IMG/VR virus record: IMGVR_UViG_3300035498_000956
Origin: a virus
Lineage: Duplodnaviria; Caudoviricetes
Length of the DNA stretch: 64,000 nucleotides
Direction: 5' to 3' (one strand)
The notes beneath the pieces are model-generated. The model was not told the DNA's origin and searched no databases. It worked only from the letters and a program-made list of their open reading frames with translations. Both the position numbers and the translations under genes were made by a program. Below, piece after piece: positions 1 to 10,614 of this stretch (positions are counted from its first letter, which is position 1; every line of letters begins with the position of its first letter).

Positions 1-744
1 CACTGCTTTTTCACTTTCATAAACAATAGCAAAACCACTATCTTTTATCGCTTTACTATTGAAGTTTAATCCATATAAATTATATGCTAAAGGATGAGAA
101 TATAATGTTTTTTCTATTTTAATCGGCATATATTTACCGATAACTATGTCTTCTTCATTTAAAGAACGCGCGCGAATACCTATTAAATTATTATCTTTAT
201 CATAATGGGGAATGATTATTTTATTACGAGAAATTGAATAGAGTATATTAAATTTATCCATAGCATCTTTTGATATTCCATCTTCAAGCCATTCTACTGG
301 ATAATATTTATTGAACACTGATAATACATTTGGGTTATAATGTTTTAATTTAATTGACTGAATTTTTCTTGCATATTTATCGCTAATTCTTTCATATGGA
401 ATGTCTGCAAAATCAGTCAACATTGATTGTCTATAATCTTTGTTAATTATTAATAATACGTCTTTATAAAAATCATATTTCTTATGTAACAAACTATATC
501 GTTTTTCAAAAAGTTCGTAAATATCAAAAGTCTCATCACAACCACTATAACAATGAAATAATTTTGTATTTTTATAATAATATAATTTCATACTCGCTTC
601 TTCTGTATCATAGTTGTGACAGATTGTTGGAAAGATAATCGCATCATTTGTTTCCATATGTCTATCTGCGCCGAGATAATAAACTAATTCAATTATTCGG
701 TCAGAGTCTAACTCATCTCTTAAAATTCTTAATTCATTATCCAT
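1..744 (-). CDS. DNA primase, N-terminal part (runs off the window)
   Basis: Not in the ORF track. ATG at 744 after AGGAG translates MDNELRILRDEL...PTICHN...LFHCYSGC, a CHC2 zinc finger. Directly downstream of the helicase. Confidence 0.8.
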   Translation of the reverse strand, partial: MDNELRILRDELDSDRIIELVYYLGADRHMETNDAIIFPTICHNYDTEEASMKLYYYKNTKLFHCYSGCDETFDIYELFEKRYSLLHKKYDFYKDVLLIINKDYRQSMLTDFADIPYERISDKYARKIQSIKLKHYNPNVLSVFNKYYPVEWLEDGISKDAMDKFNILYSISRNKIIIPHYDKDNNLIGIRARSLNEEDIVIGKYMPIKIEKTLYSHPLAYNLYGLNFNSKAIKDSGFAIVYESEKAV

Positions 745-756
745 TTAATCTCTCCT

Positions 757-2946
757 TTACAATTCCCAACTATCTATAGCTTTTTTCTTACGAGCTTTAG
801 TGTCCATTTGACTTTGTTCTATTGATTCTTTTATTAAAGAACTACACTCATTTAACAACTCTTCCTCACTTTCTTTAATATCACATTCACATTTCTCATC
901 ATCAAAATTTAAATTACTATTAATTTTTTCTAATTGATCTAAAATTTCTTGCTCTTGATTTGCTTGTTCTAATTCAACAGGAGTTTGATTAATTTTCTCT
1001 TCTATAAATTCAATTCCTTTTATTTCTTCAAAATTAACCATTGGTGCAGTTTTATTAAATTCTGTTACTAATTGTTGAAAATATTTGTTTGTTGGAGGAA
1101 CGAATCGTATAATTTGGAAATCTTTAACTTCACAATAATTTGCATCTGTAATGAACATATCCTCTCTTCTCATAGTTCCTAAATCAATGCGTGACCAAAT
1201 TCTAACGTCAATCCAACGTCCACGTCTAACTTTATAAACGTCTGTTACTATATTGGGGAGATAACCAAAAGGAGAACTTAATTTTTTAATCATTTCTGCA
1301 TCATCTTTACTAACTCTTGTTGTAACATATCCTACATCCGCCATATCAGCTACTGCCTTTGAACCTCTAATATATTTATATCCTTTAATACCTTTTTCAT
1401 TGTCTAAATCTCCACTTGCTTGTGTACAAGTCATTACAAATACATCGAGTTCAGTTGCTAAATCCTTTAATGCGGTTGATAGCATCCTAAGTGCAACCAT
1501 ATAAATCTTCTTATTTCTAAGAAGTATAGACTATATTTCACGATATAATCAATATCGTATAACTCTTTCGGTTTTCATTGGCTTCGTTACCTAAAACCAA
1601 GATACGTATCAATAGTATCCCTACTCCCTCATGATAAGGGATAGTCGTTACAGGTTATTTTATTTCTAAAATTTTCCCTCGGTATTACCTGCTATCTTAC
1701 GAAAGACCGTAGGTTTTCTTAGTCAGCGTATTCGTCTTTGGGATATAGCGCCATCTCGCTATTTGCGCTAGTCTTATTTAGCTGATACCGATAGCCACTT
1801 ATGTGACCCCACTGATTAGTGGAAAAGTTATTTTAAGGACATTACAAGTTTATCCTCACGAATTCCTAAATCTCTAAACTCTCCTAATAAATTTGGAGAA
1901 CTAAAAATATAATCATAAAATATATTTTCAATTCCATATTTTAAAACATTTTGTCTTATAATTGTCTTTATTTGTGCAATACTAGGATCGCTTACGCGAA
2001 CAAATATAAAGTTATCAGAAAATAATTCAATTATTTGAATTGCAATTTCCGTTCTTTGTTTTTCTTCATCATTTAATAAGCCATATGTATATTTATCTTC
2101 ATTAATATCTGTTAAATATGACCAAATCATTGTTTGATATTCATCAACATCTTGCTCTGTTCCTATGAACAGGACTTTTTCACACGAACCAGTAGCTACC
2201 CACTGACCAATAGATGAGTCGAAGCGTATCGGATATGCTAAATAACAAGCTTGTGAAACCATAATCCTCGATTTGCCCGTATTAGTTGGACTCGTCTGAA
2301 GATACATTTTTCCTTTTCTCGCTCCACGACATATTGTATTATAAATATCTCCTTGTAACGGAGCGCCAACTTCAGGAGTTTGGCATAAATTATTTAATAA
2401 TTCTCTAGCATTTTTTGTAATTTTCTCAATTTCAACTTCAGAACCAAATAAATAATTACTTTCAAGCTCCGCTACATTACCTTTTACTATTGATAAAATA
2501 TTCTTTACTGTTAAAGTTTCAAATTTTTCATTAATCTTTTTTTGTTTTGGATTTAATATATCTTCACAATAAATATGATTTGTCTTATAACCTAACTTAT
2601 TTAAATCTCTTAGCAAATTAAATTTCTTTAATTTATTATAATAATAATTAAAATTTTCTGGCTGTGACACATCAAGTGCATCTTGCAAAAATTCAATTCC
2701 TTTTTGTTCTTGAAAAACTGCATAAATTGCGGGATTATCTTTTAAATAATTATCAATATCAATTTCACTAACTATTTCTGCATCATTCACGTATAAATTA
2801 TATATTGCTGAAAAACAATATTTTTCTAATTGACTTTCAAAATCGCCTACGGTTATATTATATTGGTCTATAAGACCTAATAAAGAAGGCTTTTTCATTA
2901 AATCTCCAAGAACTTGGAGAATTATATATTTATCTGTTTTTATCAC
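757..2946 (-). CDS. dnaB: Replicative DnaB-like (SF4) helicase, spliced: exon 1 1852-2946, exon 2 757-1497, ~611 aa
   Basis: Walker A SPTNTGKS, IGTEQ and FYDYI in exon 1; TCTQA and IRGSKAVADMAD in exon 2. Removing 1498-1851 gives in-frame ...GIRED|VALRML. Confidence 0.88.
1498..1851 (-). mobile_element. Group I intron (no ORF, 354 nt) in the helicase gene
   Basis: 5' exon ends GAGGAU and pairs with GUCCUU (P1, U.G at the splice site). UGUAAU pairs with 3' exon GUUGCA (P10). P7 is GACUAU/AUAGUC. The intron ends in G and splicing restores the frame. Confidence 0.9.
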
Positions 2947-2959
2947 CTAAAGCCCTCCT

Positions 2960-3490
2960 TTATATTTCGTTTAAATCAATTGTCTTTTTAATCTTTTTAT
3001 GTCGTTTTTGCGGAGAAATTTGAACTGTAATTTTTTCTTGTTCGTTTTGCTTTTCAATTGCTTCTTGAAAATCATTTTGCTTTTGTCTTTGTCCTTCCCA
3101 GTAGGCTCGTGCCTCATCAATAACATGAGGCACTATTCCTATTGTTTTCTTTGTAATTGGCATTTTTCTTATTTCATAAAAATATTTTAATGTTTGATAT
3201 GTTTGTTTGTATGTAATTCCTTGTTTGCGAAATTTTTCTATTTGTGTTAAATTCCACTTAGATATATCTTCATGAAATAATAAAATTATATAATCAACTA
3301 GTTCTTTTTTATCGTTTGCTAATTGCTGTTGAACTTTAATTGCTTGTGGGTCTTGATTTAAATAACGAGTTACTGTTCCTACTGAAATCCCCAACTCTTT
3401 TGCGACAGCACTCTTATTATGCATTTTTTCATATAGAACATATATTTGTTCTATTTGCTCTTGTGCAATTCTACTCATATCTTTAATCAC
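2960..3490 (-). CDS. HTH-domain protein upstream of the helicase (possible loader or regulator)
   Basis: KSAVAKELGISVGTVTRYL helix-turn-helix. Confidence 0.6.
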   Translation of the reverse strand: MIKDMSRIAQEQIEQIYVLYEKMHNKSAVAKELGISVGTVTRYLNQDPQAIKVQQQLANDKKELVDYIILLFHEDISKWNLTQIEKFRKQGITYKQTYQTLKYFYEIRKMPITKKTIGIVPHVIDEARAYWEGQRQKQNDFQEAIEKQNEQEKITVQISPQKRHKKIKKTIDLNEI

Positions 3491-3544
3491 CTTTCCTCTT
3501 TTTTACTATAATAATTATATCATAGATCAAAAGAAAAGTCAACT

Positions 3545-4741
3545 TTAACATTCATCTAAATATTGGGCGGCAGAAGCAGTTAAGCTACGTTCATTTGATG
3601 AAAGTTTAACCATACCAAAAATAGATGCAAATTGTGAGGACTTTCTTAATTGAGATAAAATTCTTAATCCGTTTTTATTTCTGAAAAGTTGACTATCGGC
3701 TTGTTTAATATCTCCGTCAAAGAAAATTCGAGTATTTTCTCCACAACGTCCGATTAATAGTTTTAAATGGTCTTCTGTTAAATTCTGTGCTTCATTGGCA
3801 ATTATAATGCTATTTTTAAAACTACGTCCACGAATATAGCCAAGAGGAACTATTTCTAATTGCCCCTTATCTAAATAACCTTGAACGTAATCTGCACCGA
3901 TTAAATCAATTAATGGACCAATAGAAGGTAATGCTTTATCATTAGCATCTCCAGGGAGAAAACCTAATTCCATGGCGTTTTCAGTATAAGCGTTATTAGG
4001 AATATAAACTATTTTATCAATGCGATTTTTTAATAACTCTTGCATTGCATAGTTATTTAACAACCAGCTTTTTCCACTGCCATAATTACCTATCGCCGCG
4101 ACAATTGTAATTGATGGGGTATTTAATAATTGCAATAAGCAATCTTGTTCTTTGTTTCTGCCTTTTACTTCCTCAAAACTATTAATTACGTGCTTATGAA
4201 CAGGAATGTAATTTCCTTTACGATATTGTCTTAAATCCAAGATTTCATCATTTTGATTTTTAAAAAGTACAAATTCATTTTCGTAAATTTGCTCATTATT
4301 AATAATATTTCCATGTTCATTATTTAAAATTGATTCTAATTCTGCACTATATAAATTTTCATCTGTCTCTAGTACTACAGTTACAATACCTTCATAATCA
4401 TCTGATTTACTATAACCAATAGCAGTCACATTTTGTGCTTGAGCTTGTACTTTTAAATATATATCATTAGTTACAATTGGAACATCATAATCTTTCGCGG
4501 CGGAAATCAATTGTAAATCAACAGCATCATTTCTAGTAACTGTATCAAATTGAATTTTATCCATATTCCTACTGATTTTAATTGCAGCTCTTCTAGCATT
4601 AAAAGCAGTTTCTTGATTTAGATTATTTTTTAATCCATCTAATTCTCTTAATACGCCTAATGTTAAAATTGGTTGTTCATAGTCATCTATAACATTTGGG
4701 AAATCTAATAATACACATGAGTCTATAATTCCTATCTTCAT
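3545..4741 (-). CDS. phoH: PIN-PhoH (PhoH2/YlaK-like) protein
   Basis: N-terminal PIN (IIDSCVLLD...ELDGLK...VTND); PhoH motifs GNYGSGKS, GFLPGD, YIRGRSF, EAQN, GDIKQAD. Confidence 0.88.
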   Translation of the reverse strand: MKIGIIDSCVLLDFPNVIDDYEQPILTLGVLRELDGLKNNLNQETAFNARRAAIKISRNMDKIQFDTVTRNDAVDLQLISAAKDYDVPIVTNDIYLKVQAQAQNVTAIGYSKSDDYEGIVTVVLETDENLYSAELESILNNEHGNIINNEQIYENEFVLFKNQNDEILDLRQYRKGNYIPVHKHVINSFEEVKGRNKEQDCLLQLLNTPSITIVAAIGNYGSGKSWLLNNYAMQELLKNRIDKIVYIPNNAYTENAMELGFLPGDANDKALPSIGPLIDLIGADYVQGYLDKGQLEIVPLGYIRGRSFKNSIIIANEAQNLTEDHLKLLIGRCGENTRIFFDGDIKQADSQLFRNKNGLRILSQLRKSSQFASIFGMVKLSSNERSLTASAAQYLDEC

Positions 4742-4817
4742 TCGAATCCTCCGTTTTATAACAAAAATAGGGAGAAATCCTAAAGACTTCTCCCTTTAAA
4801 TCTCAAAGAATTAAATT

Positions 4818-5768
4818 CTATAATTCTTTAATTTGGTCAAGAGCCTTAGATAATAAATCTTTATCATCTTCAGTAATCTGAGAGAATTTCGTCTCCTTTC
4901 CAAATACTTTATTTAAAATTTCTAATACTTCATTTTGTCTATTGACTTTTATCATACTAGACCATATTTCTTTTGCTTCATTCATCAAATCATCAAATGA
5001 TTTTTCATAGTATGGATTAACTTCATTGGTAGCTGTATCTCCAGTTTCAGCGGCTTGTTTATCAATAGCATCATAGATTGAATTAACAAAATTCTCATAA
5101 GAAAATTCAATTTTATCAACCATGTATTTGTATCTTGAACCAGCCAAGAATCTGTCGTTTCCTCTAAAGAACATATAAGCTTTTTCTTCATTATCATTAA
5201 CTTTTATGCGGCGGATATAAGCAATTATATCAACCATTTTATTAATGATATTGTAAGGACGAGTTGGCAACGCTGGAACAATTTGAGTATATTCCTCGCC
5301 TTTTTCGTCTTTAAATGTCTTTTCTGTTGAGTGAGAAACGAAAATTAAACCATAACCGAGAAAAGCTAAATCATAAAATGCTCTTTGAAATTCCTTAGAA
5401 GCCATATCATAACCTTGACCATAAGGAATATCACCTAACTTTTCTACACCATTTTGATTACAAATCCATTTTACACAAGCTTCCCACGCTATATCGCAAG
5501 TATCAATACCAAGTGTATTAAACTTTTCTTGAACTTGAGGCATTTTAGCTTGTTTAATTAATTGTTTAAATTCATCCCAGCTTTTTACGGGCTGAACATA
5601 CACATTATTTAACGCATTACTACCGGGTTCAAAAGAACATAACAAACATTTTTCAAATTTTGAAACTAATGTTGTCTTGCCTACTTTTGGAAGTCCGTAA
5701 ACCAAAGTAAACTTACCTTTAAGATTTTTACTAATAACTTGTGGTTCTAAATTCATTAAATCTATCAT
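4818..5768 (-). CDS. AAA_24 / Sak4-like NTPase (probable ssDNA-annealing recombinase)
   Basis: YGLPKVGKTT, IDTCD, FVSH, AGSR; adjacent to SSB. Confidence 0.75.
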   Translation of the reverse strand: MIDLMNLEPQVISKNLKGKFTLVYGLPKVGKTTLVSKFEKCLLCSFEPGSNALNNVYVQPVKSWDEFKQLIKQAKMPQVQEKFNTLGIDTCDIAWEACVKWICNQNGVEKLGDIPYGQGYDMASKEFQRAFYDLAFLGYGLIFVSHSTEKTFKDEKGEEYTQIVPALPTRPYNIINKMVDIIAYIRRIKVNDNEEKAYMFFRGNDRFLAGSRYKYMVDKIEFSYENFVNSIYDAIDKQAAETGDTATNEVNPYYEKSFDDLMNEAKEIWSSMIKVNRQNEVLEILNKVFGKETKFSQITEDDKDLLSKALDQIKEL

Positions 5769-5828
5769 ATAATATCCTCCAAACTAAACATATAACTCTC
5801 ATTTTAAACTTAAAAATCTTAAATTTAA

Positions 5829-5853
5829 GCAATAGAGGGATTACCTCTATTGC
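5829..5853 (-). terminator. Hairpin after ssb, probable terminator
   Basis: GCAATAGAGG / CCTCTATTGC inverted repeat. Confidence 0.55.
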
Positions 5854-5864
5854 ATTTACTTCCA

Positions 5865-6767
5865 TTAGAATCCAAAATCATTCATATCATTCTTCTTAGG
5901 CTTTGGAGCAGAACTCTTATTCTTCATCGCTTCAATTCTACCCTTTCTTTCACTAAGAACAACCTTTATATCATCTGCATCGTAAGAAAATTCCTCTTCA
6001 AGACCACTCTTTGAACCAGAAGCAAGAATTAATTCCTTAGAAGTCTTAGTTCTTGTACGAGTTATATCCTCACCAAATCCCATCTCTTCCTTATAAGTTT
6101 CAACTGTTTGACTATAAACAATGTAACCAGCTATCTTAACTGTATCGCCCTTGTTCCAATAAGTCTTAACGTGATTCTTTGCATTCTCATCTGTAATATA
6201 TACATCAATGATATCTGCCTTACCATTATAACCTATTACAATTGCTTTAAGAATTAGTCTACCAGTTGGATTACCTTCCTTATCATATTCCTCATCGATA
6301 TCGTTACCAACAACACAAGTCATTTGGAACTTAGCTCTTTGTTCAAAAGGAGCTGTCTTACTCTTCTTGGAAATGAAATTAGTTGATACTTGCCAACCTG
6401 TACGTTCCATCTTAGTTGATGGATCTACCCAAAGATTTTCTTCAAGCTTACCACGATTAATTATTACTCTATCTGCTTGAGATGGTTCATCTGCCGCCGC
6501 GAGAGACGTATAATCTTCTGCCATTTGAGCGATAGAATTATAGATTTGATTCTCGCCGCCATCCTTCTTCAATCTCATTGAGAACATTCTTACAGGAATT
6601 TCTTCCTCGTAAACTTGACCCTTAATTTCTTGGTCAACACCAATTATTGCCTTTGCAGAAATATAATCTCTGCCATCATTAGTTGTTCTCTTGTCTACTT
6701 CTAATTCCTTTAAAATACCTTCGATTTCAACTACATTTTCACATTGCTTAGTTCTAATATTTAACAT
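5865..6767 (-). CDS. Single-stranded DNA-binding protein (tandem OB-fold type)
   Basis: NVVEIEGIL and KGDTVKIAG OB-like strands, acidic/aromatic tail DMNDFGF. Start reassigned to ATG 6767, 7 nt after GGAGGA. Confidence 0.65.
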   Translation of the reverse strand: MLNIRTKQCENVVEIEGILKELEVDKRTTNDGRDYISAKAIIGVDQEIKGQVYEEEIPVRMFSMRLKKDGGENQIYNSIAQMAEDYTSLAAADEPSQADRVIINRGKLEENLWVDPSTKMERTGWQVSTNFISKKSKTAPFEQRAKFQMTCVVGNDIDEEYDKEGNPTGRLILKAIVIGYNGKADIIDVYITDENAKNHVKTYWNKGDTVKIAGYIVYSQTVETYKEEMGFGEDITRTRTKTSKELILASGSKSGLEEEFSYDADDIKVVLSERKGRIEAMKNKSSAPKPKKNDMNDFGF

Positions 6768-6835
6768 ACACATATCCTCCAAAGATAACACTTTATTCAT
6801 TTATTTTTTTTTACATTATAGAGATAAACTCTAAG

Positions 6836-6907
6836 CTAGAGAGGTAGGATTCGAACCTACGTATCATAAAATCAAAATTTATTGTCTCACCACTTGACTA
6901 CTCTCTA
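6836..6907 (-). tRNA. tRNA-Gln(UUG)
   Basis: Acceptor TAGAGAG/CTCTCTA, anticodon arm ATAAA-TTTTGAT-TTTAT, T arm GTAGG-TTCGAAT-CCTAC; CCA not encoded. Confidence 0.88.
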
Positions 6908-6964
6908 ATTTCTCTTGATTTTCTATAATTATTATATCATAATCTATAGGAAAAATCAATTAAG

Positions 6965-7037
6965 TGAAACTGGGGAGATTTGAACTCCCGACTTCCAAAT
7001 TAAAAGTTTGGCATTCTTCCGACTGAATTACAATTTC
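6965..7037 (-). tRNA. tRNA-Lys(UUU)
   Basis: Acceptor GAAATTG/CAGTTTC, anticodon arm CCAAA-CTTTTAA-TTTGG, T loop TTCAAAT. Confidence 0.9.
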
Positions 7038-7043
7038 ATTTAA

Positions 7044-7114
7044 AGCAAGTAGAGGTAATCGAAACCTCATCTTGTGCTTGGGAAGCACACATTCTACCGT
7101 TGAACTATACCTGC
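7044..7114 (-). tRNA. tRNA-Gly(CCC)
   Basis: Acceptor GCAGGTA/TACTTGC, anticodon arm TGTGC-TTCCCAA-GCACA, T loop TTCGATT. Confidence 0.88.
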
Positions 7115-7144
7115 ATATTAGAGGGGAAAGTCCCCTCTATTTAA

Positions 7145-7420
7145 TTACTCTTCTACCTGAGCATCTGGATCGTAATTTAGACCAGCTTCATTTAGTTGGA
7201 AATACTTAACTTCCTTTTGCTTACCATCAACTTCAACTGTTTCTGTTGACTTATCAACTAGACCCTTCTTAGCTAGACCAGTAACAGAACCAGTAACAGA
7301 ACCAGCCTTTTCAAAGCCTAGTGCAGTCATAACATCCTTGCAGGTAAACTTTGTACCGTAGTTATCCTTTAGAAATTGTAGTACCTTTCTTGAATTTTCA
7401 GACATTGGTTTCTTTGCCAT
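7145..7420 (-). CDS. Small winged-helix DNA-binding protein
   Basis: KVLQFLK...SVTGSVTGLAKKGLV...YFQLNEAG wHTH pattern; strong RBS. Confidence 0.65.
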   Translation of the reverse strand: MAKKPMSENSRKVLQFLKDNYGTKFTCKDVMTALGFEKAGSVTGSVTGLAKKGLVDKSTETVEVDGKQKEVKYFQLNEAGLNYDPDAQVEE

Positions 7421-7708
7421 AATTAAATCTCTCCTTTTAAATTAAAAATTATTTTATTTTTTAAATAGCTCGTTTTGCTATTTAACTTACTTAAATATTA
7501 TATCATAGGATTAAGAATTTTTCAATATCTTTAAAGCTTAATGCCTTTAAAAAATTTTTTTTCTTTTTCTTTTCTCAATCACTATAATTATTATACCATA
7601 ACTTTTGATTAAAGTCAACTATATGAACTTTTCAATGGTATTAAGAAAATCATTTAATATTTCTTGTTTGATTTTCTATAATTATTATATCATAACCTAC
7701 AACTAAAG

Positions 7709-8098
7709 TCAATTAGCATCAATGTCGCGTTGTATTGGCGTTTGTAACTTTTTAGCTAATTCTTGTACTGTTACAGAAGCTTCTTTCATATAACGATATT
7801 GAGCTTCCATACGAGCCGCCGCAAGATGTAAACAAGTTGCAATTAAATTAACGTCAAACATTGTTAACTCTTCATGATCTAAAATCTTACGTCTTAACTT
7901 TTCATATGTATCTACACTTGATCTATAAGATTCATAAAAAGGTCGATCTTCATCTTTTATATCTAAAGTGACTTTACCCTCTTTCTCTTTATCAAGCATA
8001 TCTACAACTTCTTGTAATTTATCTATAGCAGTTTCTACTGCCGCAAGAATTGGTTTTTCATTTTCTTTTACTAATTCTATTTTTTCTTGAAGTTCCAT
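7709..8098 (-). CDS. Hypothetical protein (helical)
   Basis: 129-aa ORF with RBS and its own promoter. Confidence 0.6.
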   Translation of the reverse strand: MELQEKIELVKENEKPILAAVETAIDKLQEVVDMLDKEKEGKVTLDIKDEDRPFYESYRSSVDTYEKLRRKILDHEELTMFDVNLIATCLHLAAARMEAQYRYMKEASVTVQELAKKLQTPIQRDIDAN

Positions 8099-8167
8099 CC
8101 TTATCTCACCTCACTATAAATATTATACTATAGGCTAATAAAAATATCAATAGGTATAAAGTAGGGA

Positions 8168-10549
8168 TTATATAATCCCTACTACGTACTCGTTATCTTT
8201 TAATTCCATAGCTTTAACACCAAGAGTCATACGATTACTCTCTCGAATATCGCCGCTATTAAATTTTAGAATATTATTATTTGAAATTACAATTATCTCC
8301 TCATCATTTCCTATTGGTTTAAATTGTACAACATTATCATTTTCATTAATTTTTTGAATTTTATTACCCTTAATTCCACGATTACAAATTCCAAACTCAT
8401 CAATAGAAGATTTCTTAATCAAGCCATTTTTAGTTACACTTACTATTGATTTTGTATTCTTTGCTACAATTTTTGCATCAATTACTTCATCATTTAATAA
8501 TTTAATTGCCTTAACTCCAGCTGTAGCTCTACCAATAGCAGTAATGTCAGTTGTTTCGATAATTATAAAGTTGCCTTGTCGCGTTAAAATTCCAACGTTT
8601 TCATCGTTTACAAATAGAACATTTACAACACTATCTCCATCTTTTAAATTAATTGCTTTTAAAGAACGTCCTTTTCTTAAAGTATATTCTCTACTTAATG
8701 TTTTCTTAATCATACCATTCTTAGTTAAAAAGACAAAATATTTCGCCGCGTCTTTCTTTTCATATGTTGTGATTGTAGCAATTTCTTCATTATCTTCAAA
8801 ATCAAATAAAGATTTTAAATTAATTTTACTATTTACTGGTAATTCACTGGTATTTGTAACAAACATTCTACCTAATGTTGTGAATACCATTAAACTAGAA
8901 AAATTATCGTCAGCCAATGTCTCAATTATGGTTTCTCCTTTAGCAAGTTTAATTTTAGCTCCTTTTCCGCCACGCTTTTGAGTTAATAGAGTAGAGCTTT
9001 CTTGTGTATAGATGTTATTGAGATTTGTATAGTGGATTAGTAGTTCTTTCTTTTCTATTGGTTCTGCATCTTCGTCTTCTGAAGTGAAATCAAGATTAAT
9101 ACATTTAGTACGGCGCTTATCTCCATATTTTTCTGCCATTGTTTGAATTTCTTTAATCATTTCTTCTTTAATCTTTTCTTCTGATTCTAAAATCAATTGA
9201 ATACGATCTGCAGTTTCTTGTTTTTGATTTCTTTCATTTTCTAATTTTTCGATTTCCAAATGAGTTAAACTCGATAATCTCATCTTTAATATTGCTTCTG
9301 CTTGTTTTTCAGATAAATCATAATTTTTCATAATTAATTGTTTGGCAGATTCTGTGTTTTTTGAACTTCTAATATCTTTTACTAAATCTTCTATGTTATG
9401 AAATGCAACAATTAATCCTTCTAAAATATGGATTCTGTCTAATAATTTAGATAAGTCATATTGATATGCTTTTATAATTATAGTTTTTAAATGTTGTAAA
9501 TATGCCTCCATACTTTCTTTCCATGTAAAAAGTTTAGGAATTTTACCATTATCTAGCATATTCATATTAATAGAATATGAATTTTGAAGAATTGTATGTT
9601 TATATAATAAACGAGTTACCTTTTCAACATTAGCATTTCTTGTTAATTTAATAAAAATTTTACAACCAGAGTAATCTGTGCCATCATATACACTTTCTAC
9701 GCCTAATAATAATCCATCTTCTATTGCTTTACTAATTGAAGCTACTGCATTATTAGTAAAAGTCATATATGGCATTTCTGTAACGATTAATTCCTTATTT
9801 TCATCATCATATTCTATTTTTGCTCTTACTAATGCGGCTTTACCATTTCCATATTTCAAACTTTCTTTTACTTCATCTTCATTAATAATGATTCCACCTG
9901 TAGGAAAATCAATAGGGCAATAAATGTCTTCAAAATCAATGTCTGGATTATTGATTAACTTTTCCAGCGCCACCGCGACATCTTTAAGATTATGTGGAGG
10001 TACAGAACTAGAACAAGCAACTCCAATACCAAAACTACCATTAACTAAACTAAAAGGAAATTTTGTTGGTAAAACAGTTGGATAATATTCTTCTTCTGTA
10101 TAATTTAATTTCCAATCGTCAATAGTTTCTTTTTCTAATAAAGAAGTCATCTCATATGCAATTTCATTTCCACGCATTTCAAGATAACGGGCTTGACTAT
10201 AGTCATCTCCACTTAAATAAGAACCATTATTACCTTGTACTTCAATAATTGGATAACGTAAAGAAAAATCTTGAGATAATCTTACTGCAGTACCTAAAAT
10301 AGATGCGTCACCATGAGGTGAATATCTCATAGCTCCATTAACAGTTGCTACAGCTTTTCTTCTCTTGTCTTTATAAGTAAGCTTATCTTTATATTGAGCA
10401 TATAATATAAAACGCGCTCCGCATTTTAGTCCATCTCGTGCATCTGGTAATGCACGAGTTTGGATAACATAAGATGCATAAGGCACATAAAATGCCTGTA
10501 AAGCATCACTAACTTCCCATTCTTTTCCATTAAATTGTATTTCTGCCAT
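8168..10549 (-). CDS. gyrA: DNA gyrase subunit A
   Basis: RALPDARDGLK, PHGD, catalytic ARY, GIGVA...PPHNL, GyrA-box QKRGGKG, C-terminal beta-pinwheel repeats. Confidence 0.93.
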   Translation of the reverse strand: MAEIQFNGKEWEVSDALQAFYVPYASYVIQTRALPDARDGLKCGARFILYAQYKDKLTYKDKRRKAVATVNGAMRYSPHGDASILGTAVRLSQDFSLRYPIIEVQGNNGSYLSGDDYSQARYLEMRGNEIAYEMTSLLEKETIDDWKLNYTEEEYYPTVLPTKFPFSLVNGSFGIGVACSSSVPPHNLKDVAVALEKLINNPDIDFEDIYCPIDFPTGGIIINEDEVKESLKYGNGKAALVRAKIEYDDENKELIVTEMPYMTFTNNAVASISKAIEDGLLLGVESVYDGTDYSGCKIFIKLTRNANVEKVTRLLYKHTILQNSYSINMNMLDNGKIPKLFTWKESMEAYLQHLKTIIIKAYQYDLSKLLDRIHILEGLIVAFHNIEDLVKDIRSSKNTESAKQLIMKNYDLSEKQAEAILKMRLSSLTHLEIEKLENERNQKQETADRIQLILESEEKIKEEMIKEIQTMAEKYGDKRRTKCINLDFTSEDEDAEPIEKKELLIHYTNLNNIYTQESSTLLTQKRGGKGAKIKLAKGETIIETLADDNFSSLMVFTTLGRMFVTNTSELPVNSKINLKSLFDFEDNEEIATITTYEKKDAAKYFVFLTKNGMIKKTLSREYTLRKGRSLKAINLKDGDSVVNVLFVNDENVGILTRQGNFIIIETTDITAIGRATAGVKAIKLLNDEVIDAKIVAKNTKSIVSVTKNGLIKKSSIDEFGICNRGIKGNKIQKINENDNVVQFKPIGNDEEIIVISNNNILKFNSGDIRESNRMTLGVKAMELKDNEYVVGII

Positions 10550-10614
10550 AGAATCTCTCCTTTTTTTTATTATAATAATATTATACTACAAATTAAATCT
10601 TTTGTCAATTTATT

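Noticed and set aside
757-1500. Independent gene starting at ATG 1500
   Set aside because: No RBS; the G of this ATG is the intron's terminal G, so this is exon 2 of the helicase.
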